Shown: piece by piece, positions 9,442 to 18,120 of the stretch
How positions within the stretch are numbered: position 1 is the first letter of the stretch
How the letters are laid out: each line of letters starts with the position of its first letter
Assembly: GCA_903861125.1 (NCBI GenBank)
Contig: CAIOTF010000003.1
Location: 13,274 to 77,273 of the forward strand
From: an uncultured Ignavibacteriota bacterium
GTDB lineage: Bacteria > Bacteroidota > Ignavibacteria > UBA10030 > UBA8401
Length of the DNA stretch: 64,000 nt
Direction: 5' to 3'
Translations under genes and position numbers: made by a program
The notes under the pieces: generated by a model
What the model saw: only the letters and a program-made list of their open reading frames with translations
Databases searched by the model: none
What the model was told of the DNA's origin: nothing

Positions 9442-10209
9442 TCAATAAAAGAATTCCAATCCGAGCCTGAAACCGGATTCGTTCGTAAAAATAAATTCGT
9501 TGTAACCAAACCTGTCTTTGGTTTCAAGATATTGCGTGTAATGAAGTGAAGACATAATACCCACACTGGAGAACATTTTGTACCGAACGGTTACACCGGC
9601 GGTGCCAAAAACAGGATTTCCCTTCTTGGCCGGCGCAAAATTTCTAAAGCTGTAGGTAAAGGAATACTCTGCCGCCGGGAAAACCTTCGTCCACGTTTCA
9701 TCGGCATACAACCTGCGCTGATAGAACGCCATACCCGCACCGAGCGTCGGTACCATTGTTAAATTTTCGGCAACAGTGAAAGTATAATCGCAATGAAGCA
9801 AGACGGGAATAAGATCCATTTTTTGCACAGAACCGATCATTGTAGAAAGTGAAGGATCTGCCCGCATATCTGCCTGGATCTTGTTCAAATACCTGTCGTT
9901 CCAGAATCTCCAGCCCCAGCGGTTGAGCTGATCAGTCTGGCTGACCGAATAAAGATAGTACCCCGCACGAAGACCAATCGTTACATTGTCAGCAATGGAA
10001 TAGATAACATCCATTCCGCCGCCGACCGCATCGGCATTCTTTACATCAAGCCGTTTTGAAAATGTTGACGAATATTCCGAAAAAGCCGTGATAGACTGTA
10101 ATTGTGCCTGCAGGATAACTGGAAATAAAACCATGCTCAAGAATACCGGGAAGTATGTACGATGGATCGATATTTTTTGTATAAGATTCATTGAACTATT
10201 TATTTTCAT
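9442..10209 (-). CDS. small outer-membrane beta-barrel-like protein (hypothetical)
   Basis: 255 aa. Signal-like N-terminus (..FPVFLSMVLFPVILQAQ) and a C-terminal 'RLGLEFFY' aromatic terminus typical of OM barrels. Its ATG overlaps the upstream stop as ATGA at 10206-10209. Confidence 0.5.
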   Translation of the reverse strand: MKINSSMNLIQKISIHRTYFPVFLSMVLFPVILQAQLQSITAFSEYSSTFSKRLDVKNADAVGGGMDVIYSIADNVTIGLRAGYYLYSVSQTDQLNRWGWRFWNDRYLNKIQADMRADPSLSTMIGSVQKMDLIPVLLHCDYTFTVAENLTMVPTLGAGMAFYQRRLYADETWTKVFPAAEYSFTYSFRNFAPAKKGNPVFGTAGVTVRYKMFSSVGIMSSLHYTQYLETKDRFGYNEFIFTNESGFRLGLEFFY

Positions 10210-11195
10210 TTCATCCCAACGTGTAATGTCATACGAAGAATGTTGCCAAGCCTGCCGTAATCGGCATAGGCAATATCAACAATCACCGGCATCGGTAATT
10301 GCGGATTAATACCGATACCAACGCTGTAGGACTCTTCGTCATAAAAGAACTTATAACCGCCCCGCAGCGCAATTGTATTGTTCCAGGAATACTCGGCGCC
10401 GACATTCACTTTTTCATTTCCGTCGTTTGGATGACGGGCTTCAATGGTTAGTGTCAACCGGTGCTCCGAAGTTGCATCGCCGATCAGTTCGCCCGCCAAG
10501 CCCAATTTAAACACCGCCGGCATTTTAAATTCGTCATTGATGAACTTTGCATTGGCACCGAAGTTCTGCATGGCTGCCGCCATTCTCAATGAACCGAGTC
10601 CGGTGTAATAGAGCACGCCCGCATCAAGAACAACATTGCTTGCGGAGTAACTATCGATCCGTTCCTGCACATATTTAAGCGTAGTGCCGAAAGAAAATTG
10701 ATCCGTGAGCATTTTGGAATATGTAACGCCGGCCGCCAGAGACTGTGCCTCGAATGTTCCAATAACGTCGAACACTTGTTTGTCCTGAGCGACCACTGTT
10801 CGCGGCATGGATCCGTAGTCAAAAAGCACAAGACCGACAGCGAACATACCGGCATCGGTTTTTACAGAATAGCTGGACGAATAATTTTTAATATCTGCGA
10901 TCCACGGCGCATAGGATGCAGTAAAAGAATGCTGGTACTCGCTGAATCCCAAAGAGGCAGGATTGTTGAAAACCGCCGAAGAGTTTTCGTCGGCCAACGC
11001 AAGACCGGATTCACCCAGGGATGCCTGCCGCGATGTAGCGGGAACCTCAAGAAAAACAAAACCGGCCGTTGCAGTTTTCTTAAATTCCTGTGCCGACACA
11101 CACATAGTATTTAGCAGGAAGAACACTAATGCCAATGTAAAAGTACGTCTTATACTACGTTGTTCCGGATGCAAGATTTTTATTAATGAATTCAT
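10206..11195 (-). CDS. PorV/PorQ-like outer-membrane barrel protein
   Basis: 329 aa with a signal peptide ending 'CVSAQE'. The N-terminal 'AGFVFLEVPATSRQASLGESGLALADENSSAVFNNPASLG' resembles the PorV/PorQ (UPF0164) family signature. Confidence 0.55.
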   Translation of the reverse strand: MNSLIKILHPEQRSIRRTFTLALVFFLLNTMCVSAQEFKKTATAGFVFLEVPATSRQASLGESGLALADENSSAVFNNPASLGFSEYQHSFTASYAPWIADIKNYSSSYSVKTDAGMFAVGLVLFDYGSMPRTVVAQDKQVFDVIGTFEAQSLAAGVTYSKMLTDQFSFGTTLKYVQERIDSYSASNVVLDAGVLYYTGLGSLRMAAAMQNFGANAKFINDEFKMPAVFKLGLAGELIGDATSEHRLTLTIEARHPNDGNEKVNVGAEYSWNNTIALRGGYKFFYDEESYSVGIGINPQLPMPVIVDIAYADYGRLGNILRMTLHVGMK

Positions 11196-11210
11196 AATTC
11201 CAATGTTGAT

Positions 11211-13280
11211 CTACCGAACAATTGCAAACTTACCGATTTTAGTACCTAACGGAGATTCAAGATGAAAAATGTAAATGCCGCTTTTAACGAACTGTCCGTA
11301 TTCAGAAACCTGGTCCCACGGCACAATTGCTCCGACATCATTACCCACATTGATCGTTTTCACCAGATCACCGCGCACAGTATAAATTCTGATCGTGCAC
11401 GGATTTGGGATATTGACGAACTGCAGGTTGTCTCCGGCTCCGGGCTGTGATCTTCCTGAACCGATCACAAACGGATTCGGCACCACGAGCACATTGTCCG
11501 TTGATTGAGTCGGCGGCAGTGTTGCGACAAACGGTGTTGATGTGCGGTTGGCAAAGATGGAAGTTTCCATGGGCGGAACATTCGTCAGTGTTTGTACGCC
11601 GGTCCATGCAGCGCGGGCTGCATTGAATGCCGTCAACGCATAGTAATATCCTGCTCCGATCGTAACAGTAGAATCCATATAGGAATAACGGCCGCCGGAA
11701 TAGTACCGCGCATCGTTCTTCTTTACGGTGTCGATCAATTTCCAGGGACCGATGGGCAAATACGCAGAACGGTAAACAAGATATCCCGCAAGATTTTTCG
11801 ATCCGTCATATGCATCAGGAATATTTTCTGCATCATTCGTCCAGCGAATAATATTGGCGATCCTTCGGCTGCCGCGATTATAGTCAACGGTAATCTTTGG
11901 CGCTGCGGGAGGATTAGGATGAGCATACAAATTATCGAAAGTCAATTTTGCCCGGGCAACGGATGCATTAAAGGCCTTCTTGCTTTCTGCATTGACAACG
12001 TTTGAAGCAACCTGCGGATACGCAACAGCGCGGCTGTAATCAATCCCATCAACCACTTCGGCAACAACAATTCGTATTGAATCCCCCGGCAAAATATCCC
12101 AGGGACCCACGGACATAAGCGACCACATTCGCGACCGTTTCATGTACAGTGTGTCGAGCGGACTGGAAACAAAATGGTAGGTCTTGCTGATATCCCTCAA
12201 TACTGAATACATCGGTTCCGGCAATGACGGCGTATTTGTGAAAGGCCCAAGATCCCTTGTGGGATCGGCAGCCGACCAGCCGTATTGCGTAACAGCTGTT
12301 GTCGCGCCGGTTTTGTTCTTTGTTGCATATAATAGTGAGAAGCCGGCGCATGCAGGAGCAAGATATTCTCCGCTGGGAGCATATTTATTGTTAAGTGTAT
12401 CCTTCAAAATCAGTGGTCCCATTGATGCGGCAAAACCAAAATCTTCTTTCACCGTGCCGAGCGTTGTCGGATCATCCACAGCGTAACCATACAGGGTTTT
12501 CGACGAAGCCGTATAAAGAAATTGCGTGTTGCGCGCCCCCGGTGTCAGAGCCGGAAACAGCACTGACCATTCGCGCGAATTACAATGAATACCGTACGAC
12601 AGCATGGAGGTGAACTCAAAGAGTGTATCGGCAACAAATCGGCCGGCCGGCAATAACGTACGAAGTTCCGGAGAGATATTCTTGATGACATAATCGACGA
12701 TAACATAATTTTCGTCCGCCATCGATCCGCTCCACTGATGAACGGTTCTCGTTACACGGACAGGCAGGATATGTTTGTATGCCTCTTCATTCTTATCGGT
12801 GTAGTTCTTATTGTATTCCCATACCGTCTTCAACACCTGCTCGCCGGCATGTGCATCTTTCTGCACCCAATAATTTTCTCCGCCGGGATAGAGTTCAGTA
12901 TTCGTCGTCACCACATATTTTGAATTGGCGCCGTCCGCAATTGATCCCGCATACATCGCCCAATCGTCAACCGTTATCACACTGTCTTTGCTCCATTTTG
13001 CACCGACATACATGCCGCCCGTGGAAAGATATGATGCCGATCCGCCGAGATTCTCATTGATCAATGTCGGATCGAATCCGGGCCAGTCCAGCCCGATCCC
13101 TTTTTTTGCCCAATCACCGAACGGCGGTCCGGATTTCCCATAGGAATATGTCTGCCAGAGTTTTCCCCGGTTCAGCACCATGAGCGGTGATGACTGGACC
13201 TGACTGACAAGTTCATTCGCCGCAAAGAGAATCACGATCAGAAGAACGAACGCCTTTGGTATGTTATTTCTTTTTTTCAT
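11211..13280 (-). CDS. secreted 689-aa protein with FN3-like segment and CTD/FlgD-Ig-like C-terminal beta-sandwich (function unknown)
   Basis: The ATG at 13280 gives MKKRNNIPKAFVLLIVILFAANELVSQ, a signal peptide with no lipobox Cys. 'GYLVYRS...YYYALTAFN' is FN3-like. The C-terminus 'VLVVPNPFVIGSG...CTIRIYTVRGDLV...SGIYIFHLES' resembles a T9SS/FlgD-Ig tail. It lies 27 nt downstream of the TBDR gene. Confidence 0.6.
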   Translation of the reverse strand: MKKRNNIPKAFVLLIVILFAANELVSQVQSSPLMVLNRGKLWQTYSYGKSGPPFGDWAKKGIGLDWPGFDPTLINENLGGSASYLSTGGMYVGAKWSKDSVITVDDWAMYAGSIADGANSKYVVTTNTELYPGGENYWVQKDAHAGEQVLKTVWEYNKNYTDKNEEAYKHILPVRVTRTVHQWSGSMADENYVIVDYVIKNISPELRTLLPAGRFVADTLFEFTSMLSYGIHCNSREWSVLFPALTPGARNTQFLYTASSKTLYGYAVDDPTTLGTVKEDFGFAASMGPLILKDTLNNKYAPSGEYLAPACAGFSLLYATKNKTGATTAVTQYGWSAADPTRDLGPFTNTPSLPEPMYSVLRDISKTYHFVSSPLDTLYMKRSRMWSLMSVGPWDILPGDSIRIVVAEVVDGIDYSRAVAYPQVASNVVNAESKKAFNASVARAKLTFDNLYAHPNPPAAPKITVDYNRGSRRIANIIRWTNDAENIPDAYDGSKNLAGYLVYRSAYLPIGPWKLIDTVKKNDARYYSGGRYSYMDSTVTIGAGYYYALTAFNAARAAWTGVQTLTNVPPMETSIFANRTSTPFVATLPPTQSTDNVLVVPNPFVIGSGRSQPGAGDNLQFVNIPNPCTIRIYTVRGDLVKTINVGNDVGAIVPWDQVSEYGQFVKSGIYIFHLESPLGTKIGKFAIVR

Positions 13281-13307
13281 AGAATCATTACACACAATGA
13301 ACCACAA

Positions 13308-16300
13308 TCAATTAAAACCGACACCAAGCGTAAAGAATACCTGGCGCGGAATATTTCTGTATGCAGCATACGAAGCAACAATATGATCGACCCTCGACGG
13401 ATCCGAACCAGCATCCGCAATGGTAACGCCACGCTGAACCCAATCATACAACGCGGTACTGTTCGCCGGCGGCGTGAGTATTTTGTTCTCGAACAGATTC
13501 ATCACTCTGATGCCCATAACGATATTGACGGAGCCCATGACGATATTCTTCGAGAAATTCAGATCAACGTTCGTTTCGATCGGATACCGTCGGTTATAGA
13601 CAGCATCTTTAAGAGAGAAATCAGTAATGTATGTGTACGGCGTTCCCGACTGTGCCGTATATGTCATACTTGCCACTGCATTCTGTAGAATATCCGCACC
13701 AAAGATCCGTGGACCTTCACCGGCAGCCCAGCGGTACTGGACCAAACTTCTGAAATTATGTGTACGGTCCCACGACGCCAGAAATTCTCCCGTATAATTG
13801 CGCGTTGAATAATTTCTCGAGTTATCCGGATAGATCATATTCGCACCGAAATTTCCGGAGGTGGTCTGCGAAAGACTGTAGCTCAGCCGGTACGACCAGC
13901 GATCTATGCCCATGGTTTCAAACGTTGCTTCAAATCCGATCGTTGAGCCAAATCCGTTATTGGAATATGTGGAATAGGAATTGAGCATTTCATTGGAATT
14001 CGTAAATCCGACAAAATGCTGGCGCGAACCGGTAAAGGCTGCAACAGTTTGCGATCCGATCTGCGAAGTCCGGTCATTGTAATAGAGAACAAAGTCGGAC
14101 CGGTATTCATCGCCAATTGCCTGCTGGAGTCCGATCTCGTAATTGATGGTCTTCTTCGGTTCCAGATCAGGATTACCGATTCCGTTCCATCCCTGATACG
14201 TCATGTTTGACAGTGCCTGACTGAATGTCGGCATAGAAGCGAAATGTCCGTACTGGATACGAAGCGCTGTTCCCACACCAACCGGAAATGAAACGCCAAG
14301 CCGCGGCTGAAAAACAAATTTTGTTTCGGAATCCATTGTTTCCGGATTTCCTGATTTTGTCGGTCCGTCCGTACCGGGATAAAGGAAATAGAATTTATCT
14401 TTCGGAACCCGGGATTGGAAATTATAGACCTCTGCGCGGAGTCCGATATTTGCGATCATACCGGAATATTCCATCTTGTCCTGCACATAGGCGGCAACAT
14501 CAATGGGATACGCGCGGTAATATTCCGCAAAACCGTTTCGGGCAACATACGAATTTGCCTGATAACTGCCGTACACGCCTGTGTTTCGCATATCGTAGTA
14601 ATGAGCCGCTATACCGGTCTTTAAGAGATTAGTCTGAGTAACCTGATTCGCATAATCTGTTTTGAAGCTGTATGTTTCCGTGCGGCTGTCCTGATACCAA
14701 TTCGTGCTGACACGTTCGAGCACAGTAAAATATTTTGATTCCCACCACGTGCCGTTACGGAGAACCGATCCGTTCACATCACCGGCACTGTCCAAACGGT
14801 CAACGATCTGAGAGTAACTTGGAAGATAGATGTACGGAAGTTCGTAGCGTTCCTGCTGATGAGCAACCATGATATCAAGAAAAGACTGTGCATTGATCGT
14901 GTGTACCCAATTGATCGACTGCGCAATGGTCTGTTCGCTTCGAACCGGATCGAAATTGATATCGTATTTTCTAGATGGATTCGGAGGCGAACCGTTCAGC
15001 CCTGACCAACGGATATCATCGGATCCATCCCACAGTCCGCCGAGAAAGTTCTGATAACTTCCCATCAATTTTATTTTATTATTCTGGATCGGCTGATATG
15101 TAACGCTGAGAATATAATTCTGCATCGTCTGCACTTTTTCCGGAGAAGGTAGCCGCGTAGGATTGCGTTTGTACTCGCCCGAAAAATAGAACTTAAGAAG
15201 ATTGGGATCGCCGCCAAGCGGTCCGCCGAAACCGAACATGTACCGCTGATATGCAAATTTTCGATAGTCATACACGCCGAGAACATTGTCGTCTCCCGGT
15301 TCATGGTTCTTCACCCATGTTTGATACGCCCAGGCAATTTCACTGTCGACGATCTGATTATAGAGAGCAGTGTCGGCTCCGGTTTTATTCTTCAGCAGAT
15401 AGTCGTAGCGGCCGTTCGGTATAAATCCTAACTCCTGCGCAATATTGTCCCTGTTCGCCATCCACTTATCGAGCGTTCCCCATTTCTGCCATTCATAATT
15501 GGAATGATCGTACAAATACTGGCCATAGTGGTATTGTCCCGGCGGACGGTATTCAACACGGAATTCGCCCGTCAATTTCGGAGCCCCTTCCTTCATTGCC
15601 ACTTTTACCACACCGGCCTGAGCATTTCCGTATTCCGCAGAGAATCCTCCGGTGATCAATTCCATTTGCTGTACTCCGAGCGGATTCACATCGAACTTCC
15701 AGGAGTTGTTGGCTTTGTCCGCGCCGAATTCTCCCGGTGCACTGGTATTTGAGGTGACCTGATCCACGCCGTTGATCTGAAAATTCAACTCGTACGAACC
15801 GGATCCGCGGACGGAGTATTCGCCGGATGCACTTTTCTGGAAACCGGCGTACAGGTCCATCGCGCCGCGAAGCCCTTCAATCGGTGCGGAATTGATCTGC
15901 GAACTTTCAATAGTCGTTGCCGTTGCCGTGCGGTCCCGGATCACTTGCGGTTTGGTGGCAACAACAATCACCTGGTTCAGTTCTATTGTTGCATCGCTCA
16001 GTTGAAAATCTGCCGTCGTCGTGCGGTCAATGAAAATATCGACATTCTGCTGAAGCACCGTTGCATAGCCAAGCATACTCGCTTTAACATGATACCGACC
16101 CGGTGAAATGTTCAAAATGGAATAGCGTCCGTTCACATCGGTCACAGTGCCGATGTTCGTACCGACAATGATCACATTCACGCCAATTAGCGGTTCTTTC
16201 GTTGCGCCATCGGTAACATTACCGACAAGTTTGCTGGTCTGCGCCAATACAATGAATTGAGCTGAGAGGAAAAGAGCGAAAATGAGATGAGTATATAATC

Positions 16301-16313
16301 TAACTCTATTCAT
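13308..16313 (-). CDS. TonB-dependent receptor with N-terminal CarboxypepD_reg domain (SusC-like architecture)
   Basis: 1001 aa with a signal peptide. 'GNVTDGATKEPLIGVNVIIVGTNIGTVTDVNGRYSILNISPGRYHV' is CarboxypepD_reg-like. TonB-box-like 'QVIVVATKP'. Plug motif 'ITGGFSAEYGNAQAGVVKV'. Long beta-barrel region. Confidence 0.85.
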   Translation of the reverse strand: MNRVRLYTHLIFALFLSAQFIVLAQTSKLVGNVTDGATKEPLIGVNVIIVGTNIGTVTDVNGRYSILNISPGRYHVKASMLGYATVLQQNVDIFIDRTTTADFQLSDATIELNQVIVVATKPQVIRDRTATATTIESSQINSAPIEGLRGAMDLYAGFQKSASGEYSVRGSGSYELNFQINGVDQVTSNTSAPGEFGADKANNSWKFDVNPLGVQQMELITGGFSAEYGNAQAGVVKVAMKEGAPKLTGEFRVEYRPPGQYHYGQYLYDHSNYEWQKWGTLDKWMANRDNIAQELGFIPNGRYDYLLKNKTGADTALYNQIVDSEIAWAYQTWVKNHEPGDDNVLGVYDYRKFAYQRYMFGFGGPLGGDPNLLKFYFSGEYKRNPTRLPSPEKVQTMQNYILSVTYQPIQNNKIKLMGSYQNFLGGLWDGSDDIRWSGLNGSPPNPSRKYDINFDPVRSEQTIAQSINWVHTINAQSFLDIMVAHQQERYELPYIYLPSYSQIVDRLDSAGDVNGSVLRNGTWWESKYFTVLERVSTNWYQDSRTETYSFKTDYANQVTQTNLLKTGIAAHYYDMRNTGVYGSYQANSYVARNGFAEYYRAYPIDVAAYVQDKMEYSGMIANIGLRAEVYNFQSRVPKDKFYFLYPGTDGPTKSGNPETMDSETKFVFQPRLGVSFPVGVGTALRIQYGHFASMPTFSQALSNMTYQGWNGIGNPDLEPKKTINYEIGLQQAIGDEYRSDFVLYYNDRTSQIGSQTVAAFTGSRQHFVGFTNSNEMLNSYSTYSNNGFGSTIGFEATFETMGIDRWSYRLSYSLSQTTSGNFGANMIYPDNSRNYSTRNYTGEFLASWDRTHNFRSLVQYRWAAGEGPRIFGADILQNAVASMTYTAQSGTPYTYITDFSLKDAVYNRRYPIETNVDLNFSKNIVMGSVNIVMGIRVMNLFENKILTPPANSTALYDWVQRGVTIADAGSDPSRVDHIVASYAAYRNIPRQVFFTLGVGFN

Positions 16314-16468
16314 TACTGTTTTAAGGTATGATGCCGGTTATAGATAGGAATAGCCGGACAAAATATTAACATGACAGTCTCATGCAAAATACATCACGGT
16401 ATGCAGAGAACAATGTAATTGAGTATCTGTGCCAAAAAAAACTTTTGGATTCCTGCTCAAGTAAAATA

Positions 16469-17908
16469 TTACTTAAGCATCAACATCTTCTTTGTAATCT
16501 TGGATTCCGGTGTAATGATTGTGTAAAAATAAATGCCGCTGGGATTATTCATACCATTGAATACCTCAACGTGCTTTCCCGCACCGGTAAATCCTTCGGA
16601 CAACACGGTTATTTCTCTTCCGAGCACATCCGAAACAACTAATTTCACATACGAAGGTTTAGACAGCGTATACGAAATTAAAGTAGATGGATTGAACGGA
16701 TTGGGATAATTCTGGCCCAATTCAAAATTGTATATCCGTCCGTTTGTTTCGTTGACTCCAACCGTTAAACTTTTGAACCGGAAAACAGCGCGTGCATAGC
16801 GGTCTGCTGCATAGGCTAGACTCATTTCTTTGTTCAACACTACGTCGCACGGTCCGACCATTGGAGCACCATTCGGGTTAGCTACATCCATACTATTTTT
16901 ACTCGGAAGATCATAAAGCGCTTCGGCATTAACTCCGTCCACTTTGAATCCTTTTACCCAGCGGCGCGTTGAATCAACACCGGCCACCCATAAGATCCCT
17001 TTCCCGTCCACCGTGATACCATACGGAAAGGAATTGATAAAGGAGAGATATCCGTTAAAATCTGTTACACGGTTGCCGGTATAATCGATCGGCTGGACTT
17101 GCGTTCCTCCAGACCATACGGCGATTCCTCCGGTTTGCTGTGAACCGGAAATTGAATTTCGCGAAGTATAGAACAGACTTTTTTTATCATAATAACTTGC
17201 ACCGGGAACCAGTGCGACATCACGGATCACATCGAAAGCAAGCGATTGCGGACCTCCCGGTTCGGTCGCATTGCTGAAGACCGACGTATTGTTTGTATCC
17301 GGCGAATTATAAGAACCTCTGCTTGATTTTTTGAAGGTGTTCCCCAAATTATACCAGCGAAAACTTGTTCCGAAATCGACACCGGTTATGATCATAGAAT
17401 CTTTAGACATGTCCATACCGTTAATGTATGTTCCATACCCCGCTCCCGAAATGTTATAACCGAATCGCTGCACCGTTGACGTATCGGCATTCACATAATA
17501 ATAGAGAGCTGATACCGTATTGGTTTTTGTTTTCGGATACGGCTGGGTAGCAGTTGCGATAACATCATTGCCTAACACCGAAATTCCGCGCAACGCACCG
17601 ATATTTCCTTTTAACGTATCGGAATCTCCATTAACATCATAGTCGATGAATAATTTGAAAACCGTGTCTGCTTTGTTGGCGTAATAAATTGCGTTATGTG
17701 CTCTCGCATCATCAATTTTTGAGGAGATCACATAGATGCGTCCGTTTTGGTCGATGGTCATAAGATACGGTTTGGCAGCAATGCTGTCTTTCACGGGAAA
17801 CTTAACGGTGTTAAGGTAACTCCAGTCACTGTTTTGAGCCTGTGCAACGATCACAGAAAAAATCATTACAACGATCACGTAAAGAAAAAGTGTAGTTTTT
17901 TGTGTCAT
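16469..17908 (-). CDS. secreted beta-propeller-like protein with T9SS C-terminal domain
   Basis: The ATG at 17908 (GGAG 8 nt upstream) gives MTQKTTLFLYVIVVMIFSVIVAQAQ. The C-terminus is 'QNYPNPFNPSTLISYTL...GIYFYTI'. The longer track start at 18007 adds a non-signal extension. Confidence 0.65.
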   Translation of the reverse strand: MTQKTTLFLYVIVVMIFSVIVAQAQNSDWSYLNTVKFPVKDSIAAKPYLMTIDQNGRIYVISSKIDDARAHNAIYYANKADTVFKLFIDYDVNGDSDTLKGNIGALRGISVLGNDVIATATQPYPKTKTNTVSALYYYVNADTSTVQRFGYNISGAGYGTYINGMDMSKDSMIITGVDFGTSFRWYNLGNTFKKSSRGSYNSPDTNNTSVFSNATEPGGPQSLAFDVIRDVALVPGASYYDKKSLFYTSRNSISGSQQTGGIAVWSGGTQVQPIDYTGNRVTDFNGYLSFINSFPYGITVDGKGILWVAGVDSTRRWVKGFKVDGVNAEALYDLPSKNSMDVANPNGAPMVGPCDVVLNKEMSLAYAADRYARAVFRFKSLTVGVNETNGRIYNFELGQNYPNPFNPSTLISYTLSKPSYVKLVVSDVLGREITVLSEGFTGAGKHVEVFNGMNNPSGIYFYTIITPESKITKKMLMLK

Positions 17909-18042
17909 ACAATGCTCCGGATGTATTTGCTGATTGTTGAATAAAAATAAATTTCGATTGATCGTGAATGGTAATGTTCGTTCCGCTGATGATACCTTTT
18001 CTGCCAAATAACGTTTTAAAACTGCCGAATTTACATCAGAAG

Positions 18043-18067
18043 TTCAACTACATCATGGTGTAGTTTT
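18043..18067. promoter_or_regulatory. conserved partially palindromic box, copy 2 (TTCAACTACATCATGGTGTAGTTTT)
   Basis: 7-bp inverted repeat AACTACA/TGTAGTT separated by 6 nt. It sits in the divergent intergenic region, 135 nt upstream of the 17908 start (minus) and 54 nt upstream of the 18121 start (plus). Near-identical to 1977-2002. Confidence 0.35.
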
Positions 18068-18120
18068 CTTTATACACCTAATTGTTTATTTTAGACCTAC
18101 TATTTGTAAGGTATGACTGA

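Noticed and set aside
11211-13280. Considered annotating the gene after the TonB receptor as SusD/RagB, which would make this a canonical PUL.
   Set aside because: It has no lipoprotein Cys and no TPR-like helical repeats in the sequence. It has instead a predicted beta-rich composition with FN3-like and CTD-like segments.
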